Below the pieces are notes generated by a model. The model ran no database searches. It was not told where the DNA came from and was given only the letters and a program-made list of their open reading frames with translations. Made by a program: the position numbers and the translations under genes. Positions 11,214 through 22,312 of a stretch of DNA of 59,575 bases are shown piece after piece. The stretch lies in the NCBI GenBank assembly GCA_008369845.1, contig MRSU01006904.1, positions 1-59,575 on the forward strand. Direction: 5' to 3'. Position 1 is the stretch's first letter. Every line of letters begins with the position of its first letter. The DNA is from Trichomonas gallinae. Its lineage: Eukaryota.

Positions 11214-12267
11214 AATAATTAAAGTTGTTCATTCGTTATTATGTATGAGTTTTGTTACAACTTGTAGGGAAGCAGATAATAGTCTATTATGTCCGAAACT
11301 GCTTAATCGGCTTCGCCGGAATTAGAAGTGAAAGATTTGTAAAATTGAGATTTAATTATAAGAAATTTTGCGTTTTATGTCTTTTTTGAACGGATTATTG
11401 TCCATAGAGTCACTTTTCGCTGCTTTAAGAGTCAATTGTTTCGATAAAAGAAAATTTTATTAAAATTGAATGGATTAACTCCCCATATTTTGTAATTTAA
11501 ATAAATTACGTATTTGTAGATGGCGTAATGTGAGTATGCTTAATAAGGGAATTGTAAATCTCTGAATGGGAAAGGAGAAAATTATATATTCTATTATAAA
11601 TATAAATTAAAATTACATCATCTTTTTTTTTTTTTTTTGAATGTAATATATTTTCAATTTTATTGAAAACTGTTCAATATTTGCTATATAATCGTTTTGA
11701 TGCAATATGTTTGATCATTTTCATCGTTTTATTTAATAGCGTATCAAATTTTTGTAAATTCTTAATCTTGAACTAAACAAATAAATTTAAATAATATACT
11801 AATAGTGATATTGTTTAACGTGTTTATTTTGATGCTATTCAAATTTAAATATTTGGTTATTTTATGGAGATATATAACTATCATCGAAATCAATTTTAAT
11901 AATCTTCTCAAAAAAATTCAAAACTATTTTTTATATAATTCATTTTGAGTAATTAGAAGCGATATATGAATCAGGTTTTTCATTAATAAATTGAATATTT
12001 GATGCATCTCTTTTGAAATTAGCTTCTGTACAAGATATTAAATATATATTTTGATTAAAAATAAAATCAGTCTCAAAAGTTTTTTTCAAGACTTTTGTAA
12101 GCCTCTCAATTTAAAATGTCATAAATTTGTGTAAAATTCTTATATATGTTCATCATAGATCATTTTTAGATGATCAAATATTTCAAAAACGTATTTTTAT
12201 AGTTGCTCAAATTTTGAAAATCATTGAATATTTTTTTGAAAATTGACAAACGTTTTTTTGGAAAAAT

Positions 12268-13239
12268 ATGCAACCTGATGAACATCAGTTCTTGAAAAGT
12301 AATGGCATTTCCATCATCAGGCCGATTGCTAAGGGCAGTTATGGCGTTGTGTATTATGTTTATCACGAAGATTATAAATCAAATTTTGCTCTCAAGAAAA
12401 TACCACAAAAACTCTTTAATCAAGCAGAGGTAGATATACTTATAGCATTCGATAATCCTCATAAAGTCAACTTATATCACTATTACCTTTATGAAAACTC
12501 GATATATTTATTAATGGAATATTGTCCAGGTGATCTTACTGTTATATTCAAGCCAAAAGTTAGGATTCCACATGATTTATTCGTCCGATATATACGAGAT
12601 GTCGTTCTTGCAGTTAAATGTTGTCACGATCAGAATATCGCGCATTGTGATATTAAACCATCCAATTTCTTGGTAGATCAGTATGGTAGAGTTAAAATTA
12701 CGGATTTTGGTCTCTCAGGAAAGTACAATGAGAACGAAAAAAGCGATGTTTTTCTTGGAACTAAACTTTTCATGTCTCCTGAGATATTAAATCATCGAAC
12801 ATACAACCCAATGGCCGCTGACATATGGGCACTCGGAGTAACCTTGTATTATTTAGCAACGAGAACATTTCCTTTTGAATCAGATTACGAAGAGTTGTTT
12901 AGGCATAATATAGAAAATAGTATTTATAAATCTGATCTCATTGATGATGCCCTACTTAGAGATGTCATTGCCAGATGCTTAGATCCTAATCCTTTACAGC
13001 GACCTTCAACTGATATTTTGTTGAAAATGCCATTCTTCGAGCAACACCATCCGAAGCCGTATTACATTCCACCCACAAAATCTATGACGAACGGAATCTT
13101 CTCAAATGGCGCAATTTTGCAAAGAGAAAAACAACCAAAAATTCTTCAGCCAAAAGTATGCACAAAATCTCTTTCGGGCATGATGAACAGGCATATTTTA
13201 TTGCCAAGGGTCAAACTTATTCAAACAAATCGAGTTTGA
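12268..13239 (+). CDS. CAMK-group Ser/Thr protein kinase, non-RD (K4)
   Basis: Motifs AKGSYG, FALKK, HCDIKPSN, DFG, SPE, DIWALG. Confidence 0.94.
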   Translation: MQPDEHQFLKSNGISIIRPIAKGSYGVVYYVYHEDYKSNFALKKIPQKLFNQAEVDILIAFDNPHKVNLYHYYLYENSIYLLMEYCPGDLTVIFKPKVRIPHDLFVRYIRDVVLAVKCCHDQNIAHCDIKPSNFLVDQYGRVKITDFGLSGKYNENEKSDVFLGTKLFMSPEILNHRTYNPMAADIWALGVTLYYLATRTFPFESDYEELFRHNIENSIYKSDLIDDALLRDVIARCLDPNPLQRPSTDILLKMPFFEQHHPKPYYIPPTKSMTNGIFSNGAILQREKQPKILQPKVCTKSLSGMMNRHILLPRVKLIQTNRV

Positions 13240-14006
13240 TTTTTTTAATTTATCTTTTTTTCTTTTGTTTTCTATAAATTTTTCATGTATAGAGCGTATA
13301 TTTATCGCTGTTTGCTTTGTTTGGACAGACTTTACAAGTTACATCACGAATTTTTTAAAGCATGAAAGGAATTTGAAACCTCAATGAGAATATCCTAAAT
13401 AAAACAAATCAGACTTATAAATTCCGAAAATCTCATTTTGAAAAAATTTATCAAATCAAATTATTAAAAAATGATTAAACAAATAGTGCAGTATTAAAAA
13501 TACTGTTCACTGATTTATTGGAAAGAAATAATTTCAATTTAAATTGTTTGATTATCTATGGAAAAAAAGCCAATTTTTTAATAAAATTATAGTTAAACAA
13601 ATATTTTAATAAAACCATGGCATGGTGCTGATATATCAATATGCCTTAAATTCTTTATTTTCAGAAGATAAATGGAAAATCTCATTCAATATTTGAAAGA
13701 ATAAAATCTGGGAAAATTCGAACGCAAACATTATCATTATGTAGTTTATCAAAAATCCAGCAGAATATTATAGAAATCAGTGGATTTGTGATTGAATACT
13801 TATGAAAAGTCATCTCTCTCAAATAAATTCAATGTCTTCAAAAAATAACTTTGGAATATGATTTATAAATGATTATGCATATTTACAAAATGAAAAAAAA
13901 AATGTGATAGGCGAAAGTCTTATTCATCATCACGTATTTAACAAAGATATTAAATAAAATCAAATGAAAGTATTCAATTTTTGATGTATATTGAAATATT
14001 GAATAG

Positions 14007-14025
14007 TCTCACAAAATAATTGGCC
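14007..14025 (+). promoter_or_regulatory. Motif B (TCTCACAAAATAATTGGCC) upstream of kinase K5
   Basis: Related copies at 17474, 20276, 29585 (reverse), 46797 and 49068 (reverse), all upstream of kinase, kelch or transcription-factor genes. Confidence 0.5.
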
Positions 14026-14081
14026 GGCTTCTGAATGTTCAATAACCTGAAAAAAAATAGGGAAATAATTATTTTAACCTA

Positions 14082-15014
14082 ATGAATCCAGGCGAGCTTG
14101 AGTTCTTGCACAAGCAGGGAATTGAAGTCCTGAGTGAATTGGCGCAGGGTGGATATGGAACGATTTACATGGTGTACATTGAGCAATACAAACAAGAATT
14201 TGCGCTGAAGAAAGTCCCGAAGTCTGTCTTCAACAGGAACGAATTAGAATGCATGAAGATGATCGACAACCCGAGAATTGTCCGTCTTTACAGCTTCTAC
14301 GAATTCGAGCAAAATATTTACTTTTTGATGGAGTATTGCCCTGATAACTTGAACCACTATATACAAACAAACAAGATGATCAGCCAGGATGATGTTAGAA
14401 GGTTCGTATTCGACGTTATATATGCAGTCAAAGCTTGCCACGATCTTCGCATCGCACACAGTGATATCAAGCCGAGCAACTTCCTAATCGACAAGTATGG
14501 CCGCCTGAAGATCTCTGACTTCGGTTTGTCTGCTGTTTACACAGAAAAACCGACATCTTTTGAATTTAAGGGAACAAGGTGTTTCATGGCCCCGGAGATG
14601 TTCATAGACAATGAATATAACCCTATGTGTGCTGATATTTGGGCTGTTGGCGTCACATTGTACTTTATCGTCACACATTGCTTACCGTTCTTCTCCAAAG
14701 ACATAGCGATTCTAATGAGGAAAGTTAAGCATGGTCAGTTCATGGATGGCCTAATACAGGATGAAGAACTCAGACGCTTGGTCAAAAGCTGTTTGACGGT
14801 TAATCCAGAGGAAAGGTCAACGATTAATGAGCTGATTACAATGCCATATATCACTACCTACTTCCAGAATCTCCATTCCCTCACCACCATCAAGAAGAAA
14901 TTAGGATGCAGCTACAAGCATCTGATTATCAGACCTGACACAAAGAGAAGAATCTCATTCGAATCGAAACTCAATATATGCCTGGAGAACTCCTTAAATT
15001 CCATGGTATATTGA
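14082..15014 (+). CDS. CAMK-group Ser/Thr protein kinase, non-RD (K5)
   Basis: Motifs AQGGYG, FALKK, HSDIKPSN, DFG, APE. Confidence 0.94.
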   Translation: MNPGELEFLHKQGIEVLSELAQGGYGTIYMVYIEQYKQEFALKKVPKSVFNRNELECMKMIDNPRIVRLYSFYEFEQNIYFLMEYCPDNLNHYIQTNKMISQDDVRRFVFDVIYAVKACHDLRIAHSDIKPSNFLIDKYGRLKISDFGLSAVYTEKPTSFEFKGTRCFMAPEMFIDNEYNPMCADIWAVGVTLYFIVTHCLPFFSKDIAILMRKVKHGQFMDGLIQDEELRRLVKSCLTVNPEERSTINELITMPYITTYFQNLHSLTTIKKKLGCSYKHLIIRPDTKRRISFESKLNICLENSLNSMVY

Positions 15015-15183
15015 TTCATTGTCCTGAGAATTAAATCATAATTTTTTGTTTGTATATTAAAACTATCGTTTTTAAAACCTACTTTATTTCAATATACTTG
15101 GTTGCCTGCCACTAGAACATAATATTTTGAAAATAATATAAACAAAAATAAATCTTGTGATATTCACTTTTATAATAAGTGAG

Positions 15184-15307
15184 TGTTGATCTTATCTTAT
15201 AGAAATTACAATTGTGTTAAGCAAAATAGTTGAAATTGAAATTTGATGAAATAAAATTCTTTTTAATGATTGCATAAGTTTGATGTGGAGAAAGCTAAAT
15301 CAAGATT
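15184..15307 (+). repeat. Degenerate direct repeat, copy 1 (partner 16676-16821)
   Basis: 15184-15247 aligns ungapped to 16676-16739 at 54/64 identity by manual count. A second shared block is GCATAAGT...AGAAA.CTAAATCAAGATT. Confidence 0.8.
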
Positions 15308-15391
15308 AGGGTGAGCTAATTTATACATATATATAGTTTATTCTAATTGCTAAATAGTCATCAATTTTTCAGAAAATGTGAAGTTAACAGA

Positions 15392-15473
15392 TTCATGATT
15401 CCTCTGAATTATACCATCCCTACAATGTGTATATACTACTCTATAAATATGGAGTTTCAATTTTAAGGTTTTT
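15392..15473 (-). repeat. Dispersed ~82-bp repeat (copies at 22035-22116 and ~22156-22224)
   Basis: The reverse complement AAAAACCTTAAAATTGAAACTCCATATTTATA...AGAGGAATCATGAA aligns ungapped to 22035-22116 at roughly 80% identity by manual count. Confidence 0.8.
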
Positions 15474-15479
15474 AGTTCT

Positions 15480-16510
15480 CACCATTCTTTTTATTGAATG
15501 CTTATTGCAATGACACAGAGGTGTGTTCCTTTTATCAAACTAGTATAATCGAGGGTTAGTTCTTCTCCAGTCAATATTGCCCTGTTTGCAAAATATACAA
15601 TCCTATAATCGTAAAAATGCGAAGTCATAAAAATCGCTCTGTAGGTCCGCTGCCTTAAATTTAAATCCAAGCATGCGGAATTGACGAACCTGGTAAAATT
15701 TCTTTTTTTTTTCAGCTGAAATCTATATCACCATTTTTGAGAGCAAAAGTACATCTATCTATAAACTCATTTTTTTTTACACTATTTTCACTAATGAACG
15801 GTGTTATGTACTTTCCTGCGCTATGACTCCCCAGCCTTTATCAGGGAAATAGTTGAGTGCGAGTTTTGAATCAACTCTTTTCGATGTTTTGTGTCTGTGC
15901 ATTCAAAAATCCATACATTCGAAAAATCCATCGCATATTTAGTTGTCAAGCTTTCGAATGGAATCTCTTTTGTATCTTTATCAGGTCAGACATAATATGT
16001 CTCATGATGGGATTTCTTTGGGTCATTTTCGCTTTCAGAGCCAATTAATGGATCATATGCGTTTTTAAAGCCATCTTTTGGGTCTGGACATATTCCATGA
16101 TCTACTTTTGCAGGATCATTCAGTTGTTCAATTTGACTTCCTAACCAAGCACTTATTAAAACATGTCTGATTTGTGAAATCGTTTGTTCACTTTGATCGT
16201 TGACTGTTTTAAGCTTATTAGCAATAAATTTACAATAATCTCCATCAAAATCATACTCACCAACATCTTGTTTGGCTGGAAGTGGAGGAGGAATCAAAGA
16301 GTGTTCATAATTGACCAATGGAATCACAACTTAACAAGAATCGGGTGTTTTCCTTCGACAAGAGTAGCGATATTTTCTGGGTGCTCCTGAGCATCCATAA
16401 CCTTCTCGTATTCACCACAATTGAATTCTATTGATATCTGCTGCTTGATTTTCTTTGTTTCATCAAGAGGAACTTTGTCACGAGATTGATTTGACAATAA
16501 TGCAATATAT
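15480..16510 (-). pseudogene. Decayed SET-domain histone-lysine methyltransferase (pre-SET/SET/post-SET)
   Basis: Manual minus-strand translation across frameshifts gives, in the correct order, IFEC (15910-15899), KGWGVIA (from 15839), NFTRFVNSAC (15700-15671), FANRAILTGEELTLDY (15592-15545) and CHC (15515-15507). ORF 15986..16327 and a frameshifted segment up to ~16510 form the N-terminal part. Confidence 0.8.
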
Positions 16511-16675
16511 GAGCTTCAATTAATTGAATAGCTTAACAATAAAAATGATTCATAATTCATTGAATTGGATTGGAATTCCATAAAATACTATTTTCTCTGT
16601 TAATATTCATCATTTTCACTTAATTTGATTTTTCAAATTTATATCTTCTAAGTGAACAACATTATATAGCGTAAA

Positions 16676-16821
16676 TGTTGATTTTATCGCATAAAAATTA
16701 CAACTACGCTAAGCAAAACAGTTGAAATTGAGATTTGATATATTTTATTGAATAACAATGAAATAGTAGATTTCAATGCAGTGGTCGCATAAGTAGGTAA
16801 CAAGAAATCTAAATCAAGATT
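16676..16821 (+). repeat. Degenerate direct repeat, copy 2 (partner 15184-15307)
   Basis: See copy 1. Confidence 0.8.
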
Positions 16822-17678
16822 TCCAATGGTCAGAAAAACAGTGATTGAATCCCGATAAGAACAAAAAATGTTTTTTGTATCTTTATCAATGCTTAAAATT
16901 GTTTATTTGCCTGCGCTCAAACTATAGCAGATAGAAATATTCGATAAATAATCAAAGTCTTTGGATTTCAATTGATCAAAAGAGGATATGATACCAATGG
17001 GCCTGGGAAAACAATGCATACAGCTAATATAATGATGTTTTTCAAGTAATAATGCTCAAATGAAAGAATACGGAAAAACAGTGAAAATTAATGCTTAAAA
17101 TTGGCTGATCTTGATAATTTGAGATGATCTTCTGTATCTTATTAGTTATCGCTAATCAAATATATCGCTTATGCATTGATGCCATTTTATAATGAATATT
17201 TTAAAATTCAGCTAAACAATGTTATAGGAAGAGATTTTTGTTGCATTTTTTTCTCTCAAAGAAAGAAGAAAACGTGACAAATATTTATGGATTGAATAAA
17301 ATTTTTTCGTCGGCAAAAAATATTCCAATTGATTTGTTTATGCTATAATGACCGATATTTTTTCATTCATCTTTACTTTTGTGAAAGTTAAGAAAATTAA
17401 AATTCGAAATAATACTGTGATAAATGACTGTATTATTTGGTTTGGTTTACTCCTTTTTCAATTATTGGCAAAACTCACAAAAATTCAGTTGCGTTATTTT
17501 GGCCATAATATAATTATTATCACGATGCCAACCAATTTTAATATAACTTTTGATAATGATTGAAAATGAAAAATCGTTAAATATGCTCTATAATAGTCTG
17601 TTTGTTGTTTTACAAATAGTTTTCAATCAAACATTTGTGAAGGTAGTAAATTATTTCAAAAAGAGGTATCAAATTAAA

Positions 17679-18635
17679 ATGTTACCTGAGCATAAAGCGT
17701 TTTTCGAAGAGCAAGGCTTATTTTTCCAGAAGCGATTGGGCTCTGGTGGATATGGTACAGTGGATCTTGTCTTTAGTCAGCAATATAATGAATGTTTCGC
17801 ATTAAAAAGAATTTCTTCTGAAACTTTTAATGATGCAGAACTTCAATGCCTGAAAACTGTAGATGATCCGAGAATAGTTAACCTGTATAATTGCTATAAG
17901 ATTGACGAACAAGTTTACTTATTAATGGAATATTGTCCAAATGACTTAGAAAAACTCGTGGCAAAAGAAAAATTGGATCAAGCTACAATAAACCGATACG
18001 TACTAGATGTTTGTATGTGTATTAAAGCATGTCATGACCGTAACATTGCACATTCAGATATCAAACCAGCGAATTTCTTGGTTGACAGATGGGGAAGAAT
18101 CAAAATTAGCGATTTTGGGCTCTCCTCCATGCATCAATCCAGATCAAAATGCTATAAAGGAACAAAGATGTTCATGTCGCCAGAAATTTATTTGCAGCAT
18201 GAGTTCAACCCAATGAAGGCAGATATTTGGGCCCTTGGTGTGACACTTTACTTTGTGGCTACAAGATTTTATCCATTCTATCACAAAGATCCAACAATAA
18301 TAATGCAAAAGATTATGAACTTGAAATATTGTGAAGATGTTGTAGAGGATCCATTGCTGAGACATGTCATTTCCAAATGCTTGAATCCGAATCCACGTCA
18401 TCGTCCAACAATTGATGAGGTTTTAGAGCTTCCATTTTTCAATAAAGACGCTGATCCATTATCATGTCCTGTAATTATAGGGCAAAGAAATGCATCTGTT
18501 TTAGTTCGTCCTAAGATTGTTCAAAAGAGCATGGTTTTGAAGCCTTTGCCAGTTAATAAGTCTTCTATAAATGGTAGGAGAGGTTCTTGTACTGGTAGAC
18601 AACTCAATAGATTGAAAGTCATCAAAATTAATTAG
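17679..18635 (+). CDS. CAMK-group Ser/Thr protein kinase, non-RD (K6)
   Basis: Motifs GSGGYG, FALKR, HSDIKPAN, DFG, SPE. Start at ATG 17679 (MLPEHKAFFEEQG), aligned with paralogs. Confidence 0.93.
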   Translation: MLPEHKAFFEEQGLFFQKRLGSGGYGTVDLVFSQQYNECFALKRISSETFNDAELQCLKTVDDPRIVNLYNCYKIDEQVYLLMEYCPNDLEKLVAKEKLDQATINRYVLDVCMCIKACHDRNIAHSDIKPANFLVDRWGRIKISDFGLSSMHQSRSKCYKGTKMFMSPEIYLQHEFNPMKADIWALGVTLYFVATRFYPFYHKDPTIIMQKIMNLKYCEDVVEDPLLRHVISKCLNPNPRHRPTIDEVLELPFFNKDADPLSCPVIIGQRNASVLVRPKIVQKSMVLKPLPVNKSSINGRRGSCTGRQLNRLKVIKIN

Positions 18636-20381
18636 TTTTGTAAATTATTTGTTTATTTTTTTATGAAATATCATTCTTTTTAGAGTATACTCACTCCACA
18701 TATTTGAGTTTAACTACCACAAAGCTATGCATCAAAATTTTAATTTTATCATATTCGAATGTTCATTAATGTGTCATTTCTATATAATCATTATGTTCTA
18801 ATATGACTTTTTTAAAGTATTAGATTCTCAAACATATATGTTATCATAATAAAAAAAATTCACAATATATCAGATTATTTATAATGCCAAGAAAAATTCT
18901 TCATACATGGATAATATATTATAATGATGATTTAAAATATATTTATATTATGATTTTGATCAGATATCTTACAGGAAAAAAGATATTTACGATTTTTCAA
19001 ATTTCACTTATTCAAGTCCTAAAAAACATTTCGTATCTACCGAAATTGACCAAACGCATGCGTCGCTTTATGGATTGACTGATTCATGAGGCCAAGAACA
19101 ATGTTTGGAAAAGACAACAAGTTGTTTTGAATATAAAACTTCGGTTAAATTGATAAAATGAAATAAGGAACAACTTTTGACAAATAAATAAGTGTCCGTC
19201 AAATTAATATCATCTGGCAACAATCTTGTTCCTGATAGATTCCATCGTTTTGGAGTGTATGGAATGCAATAAACAAAGAAATTGAATTATTCAAGAATCG
19301 GAGTCTTGACAAGACACCCCAAAATCATGTTTATTAAAGGTTTTAGCTTGTATACATTCTAAATCTCAATTTTAGCGCAAAATTATAAAAAACAATTTTT
19401 GGATCAGATAAAAATATAAATACGATTATAATCACTTGTGAATTCGGGTGAACCTAGGTGTGTACACAACTATATGTGAAATAAAGCATTGAGTTATAAT
19501 AAATTGAAAATTGAAAAAGAAAATATGAATGATATGAATCGAAATATAGATGTTTATAAGCTGATCATCTGCATTATTACATGATAGAAATGTGATGCTG
19601 TGCATTACTTTTATGCAAGCCAATTGAAAAAATAAAATGTTATCTTAGTCGCAAAATAACCGGCTGAAACTCCATTACTAGTCTATTAATAAACAAATCT
19701 TTAAGTAAGATCATGCGATAAAACAAATCAATTCTCAAAATTTTGGTTGAACTACTATATTGCATAAAAATGATGTTTGTTCATCTCCTTGTCTATAATA
19801 AATGGTAATTACCATATGTTATGTCACTAATTTTGAACGATGAAACAAATCTGAAATTGAAAACATTATCTATAGCACCTATGTGTTTATTGCTGATCAC
19901 CACAGAACAATTTTATACCATAAAATGAGTTCAACAATATGCAATTGTTAAAAGTCGATGCTATCCCTCTTAAAAAATAATTTTTCAAATTAAATGCCTC
20001 GAAAACTGCTTGATAACATCAATGAATGCAAATATCAAAAGTAAAATCAACAATTACTCAAAAAACTTATTCGATCAAAAAAACATTATTCAAAAAACTA
20101 ACTCTTTTTTAAAATACTATCTATACATATAACAGATACCAAAAATCCTAATTTTGGAATTTTAAAATATTGAAAGGGATAACATTGAAAGGTGTTAAAA
20201 ATCAAAAACATTTTATTGGTAATTTGGTTTATTAGATGTTTTGCAGTAGTTTATTTTGCGTTGTGGCCAGATTCACTCACAAATAATGGCTAAACAATTG
20301 AGGGGAATTGAGTGGCTGTTCTCAAAAAGAATTTCTTAAAATCACTTTTTTTCTTTTCCTCGAAGTAATTATTATTGGAAA

Positions 20382-21491
20382 ATGGGTTCTGGCCCAAGCA
20401 TCAATCAGTCCGAATACAGCAAAATTATATCAGAAGAAATACCAAACTACGATGATTATCCCAGGAGAACCGAAAACGATTTAGGTTGGAACGCAGTATG
20501 GTCTGTCAGGCCTTTTAACTCTGTATCACCGATCGCAAGGACAGCATATATATCAGCATATGATTCGCAAAACGATTTGGCCTATATTGGCTACGGTGTA
20601 ACAGAATCTAAGCAGCATCTCATTGATTTGTGGAAATTAGACCTCAAGACAAACTGCTGGACAGAGATACACCTTGAAAACAACAAAGTAAAGCCAAGAG
20701 GTGGCGCAAGAGCCGTTTTAGTCGGAAATTATCTTTGGGTTTACGGAGGTTACTACAACAAACAGTACCTTCAAGACTTGCACCTCATCAACGTACAGAC
20801 CGGCGAGGTAATACACCCTAAAACATACGGCCAAGGTCCAATGGCGTGCAGCGGCCATTCTATGAATTATGTTAATGGCAAGATCATCATTTACGGAGGT
20901 TACAACAACGGATCCCTCAACCAGTGCTTTATGCTGGACCTCCATACTATGAATTGGAAGGCCATCGAGACGAAATACGGAAAGTATTCTCACGCGGCAA
21001 CTGTTTTCAATAATACAGTCTACACTTTCGGAGGATCAAAGAACAGCGGAATGATCGCTATTGATCCTACCTACGAAGATGTTCGGGAATTGCCTTCAGA
21101 AGGAGATGCACCAGCAAACTTCATGACAAGAATCTCAATGGTTACCGTAGGCCAACATATCGTTCAGATAGGCGGCAGCTCGAGAAATGGTCAGCAATTT
21201 GCCCCTGTTAAAGTTTACGATACACATACACACAATTGGTTCACATTACCGATCTCACCGGATAACAATACAACGCTAGTAAGTGATGGTGAAATCGATA
21301 GTGAAGGAAACTTCAACTTACCAGTCTGTTTCGATGTCACAGTTTTCTACAGAGAAAAACAAAGGGAAATCGTTGCTTTCCAAGGCAAGCCAATTGTTAA
21401 TCCACCATATCTGTCAGTGTTAAAGTTGCCAGACACACTCTGCGAGCTCAATCTCAAGAATGATATGATTTCGATGCTCGACACCAACTAA
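20382..21491 (+). CDS. Kelch-repeat beta-propeller protein, probably N-myristoylated
   Basis: Repeated YGG/FGG/IGG...W kelch units. N-terminus MGSGPS (Gly2, Ser6). Inr TCACTT at 20342-20347. Confidence 0.9.
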   Translation: MGSGPSINQSEYSKIISEEIPNYDDYPRRTENDLGWNAVWSVRPFNSVSPIARTAYISAYDSQNDLAYIGYGVTESKQHLIDLWKLDLKTNCWTEIHLENNKVKPRGGARAVLVGNYLWVYGGYYNKQYLQDLHLINVQTGEVIHPKTYGQGPMACSGHSMNYVNGKIIIYGGYNNGSLNQCFMLDLHTMNWKAIETKYGKYSHAATVFNNTVYTFGGSKNSGMIAIDPTYEDVRELPSEGDAPANFMTRISMVTVGQHIVQIGGSSRNGQQFAPVKVYDTHTHNWFTLPISPDNNTTLVSDGEIDSEGNFNLPVCFDVTVFYREKQREIVAFQGKPIVNPPYLSVLKLPDTLCELNLKNDMISMLDTN

Positions 21492-21857
21492 TTCTTTTGT
21501 TTGTAATAGAATGAATAAATATGTTTCTCATATCTTAGTTAGTTTTAACCGTCAATACTCTTTGAACACACATTAAATCTAAAAATTCAAAATCAAATTC
21601 CAGCAAATAATAATATTTCACAGAAATTTTCTCAATAAAAAAGGTTGTAGATACCTCATATTAGATATTATTGATATAAAAATATATTTTTGTTTGTAAA
21701 TATTCTTTACATGGCAAATTCAAAATTCTCTTTTAGGAAAGATATCATAACTTTGAACTACAGATTTATCACATTAATGGATTCTATTATATAAAAAAAC
21801 CATCAGCATAATGTATTAATTCGCACATATTCAATCACAATTTTAAAGTCATCTAGA

Positions 21858-22004
21858 CCTAAAATTAATGCTGTTTATCCATCTCATCCAAGAGCTCTCA
21901 AAGGACAGAGGATTATTATCTTTGGAGATGGCATAGATAAAGATTCAGATTCAACAGTCATAGTTATGGGAGTTATCAGAAGTGAGCTATTGCTGAAGTT
22001 TTGA
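21858..22004 (+). pseudogene. Short gene fragment resembling an IPT/TIG Ig-like domain start
   Basis: PKINAVYPSHPRALKGQRIIIFGDGI resembles the PxIxxvxP...G..i.i.G.g pattern. No start codon; higher GC than the flanks. Confidence 0.3.
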
Positions 22005-22034
22005 TATTGCAAATATTAATGAAGAGAAGGCTTC

Positions 22035-22224
22035 AAAAACCTTAAAATTGAAGATCCATATTTATACGATAATATATAAACATCGCATGGATACTATATT
22101 TAAGAGGGATCGTGAAAGTATTGGTATTATATAGAAATATGGTTGGGGCGAAAAAAAAAACTTAAAATTGAAGCGCTATATTTATATAGTAATATATATA
22201 CATCATATAGATGCTATATTTAAG
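22035..22224 (+). repeat. Two tandem copies (120-bp period) of the dispersed ~82-bp repeat
   Basis: CTTAAAATTGAAG...ATATTTATA...AATATATA...ACATC..AT.GAT.CTATATTTAAGA starts at both 22041 and 22161. Confidence 0.85.
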
Positions 22225-22312
22225 AAAGTGAAAATATTGCATAAAAAAATTAAATTGATTTTTGCCAAATAAAGTGATTTACGTGACAGTTTCTGACAAA
22301 ATCTATTTTACA

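Noticed and set aside
11291..11304. CGAAAC resembling a hammerhead ribozyme core
   Set aside because: The required CUGANGA element is absent on both strands.
15986..16327. 113-aa ORF as a stand-alone gene
   Set aside because: It has a GTG start and coding-like sequence continues on both sides across a frameshift and a stop. It is part of the SET pseudogene.
17550..17678. N-terminal extensions given by the ORF track (also at 1450, 2211, 22262, 38934, 46767, 48915, 55800)
   Set aside because: These are AT-rich, UTR-like codons, often from TTG starts. Paralog alignment and Inr position favour the downstream ATGs.
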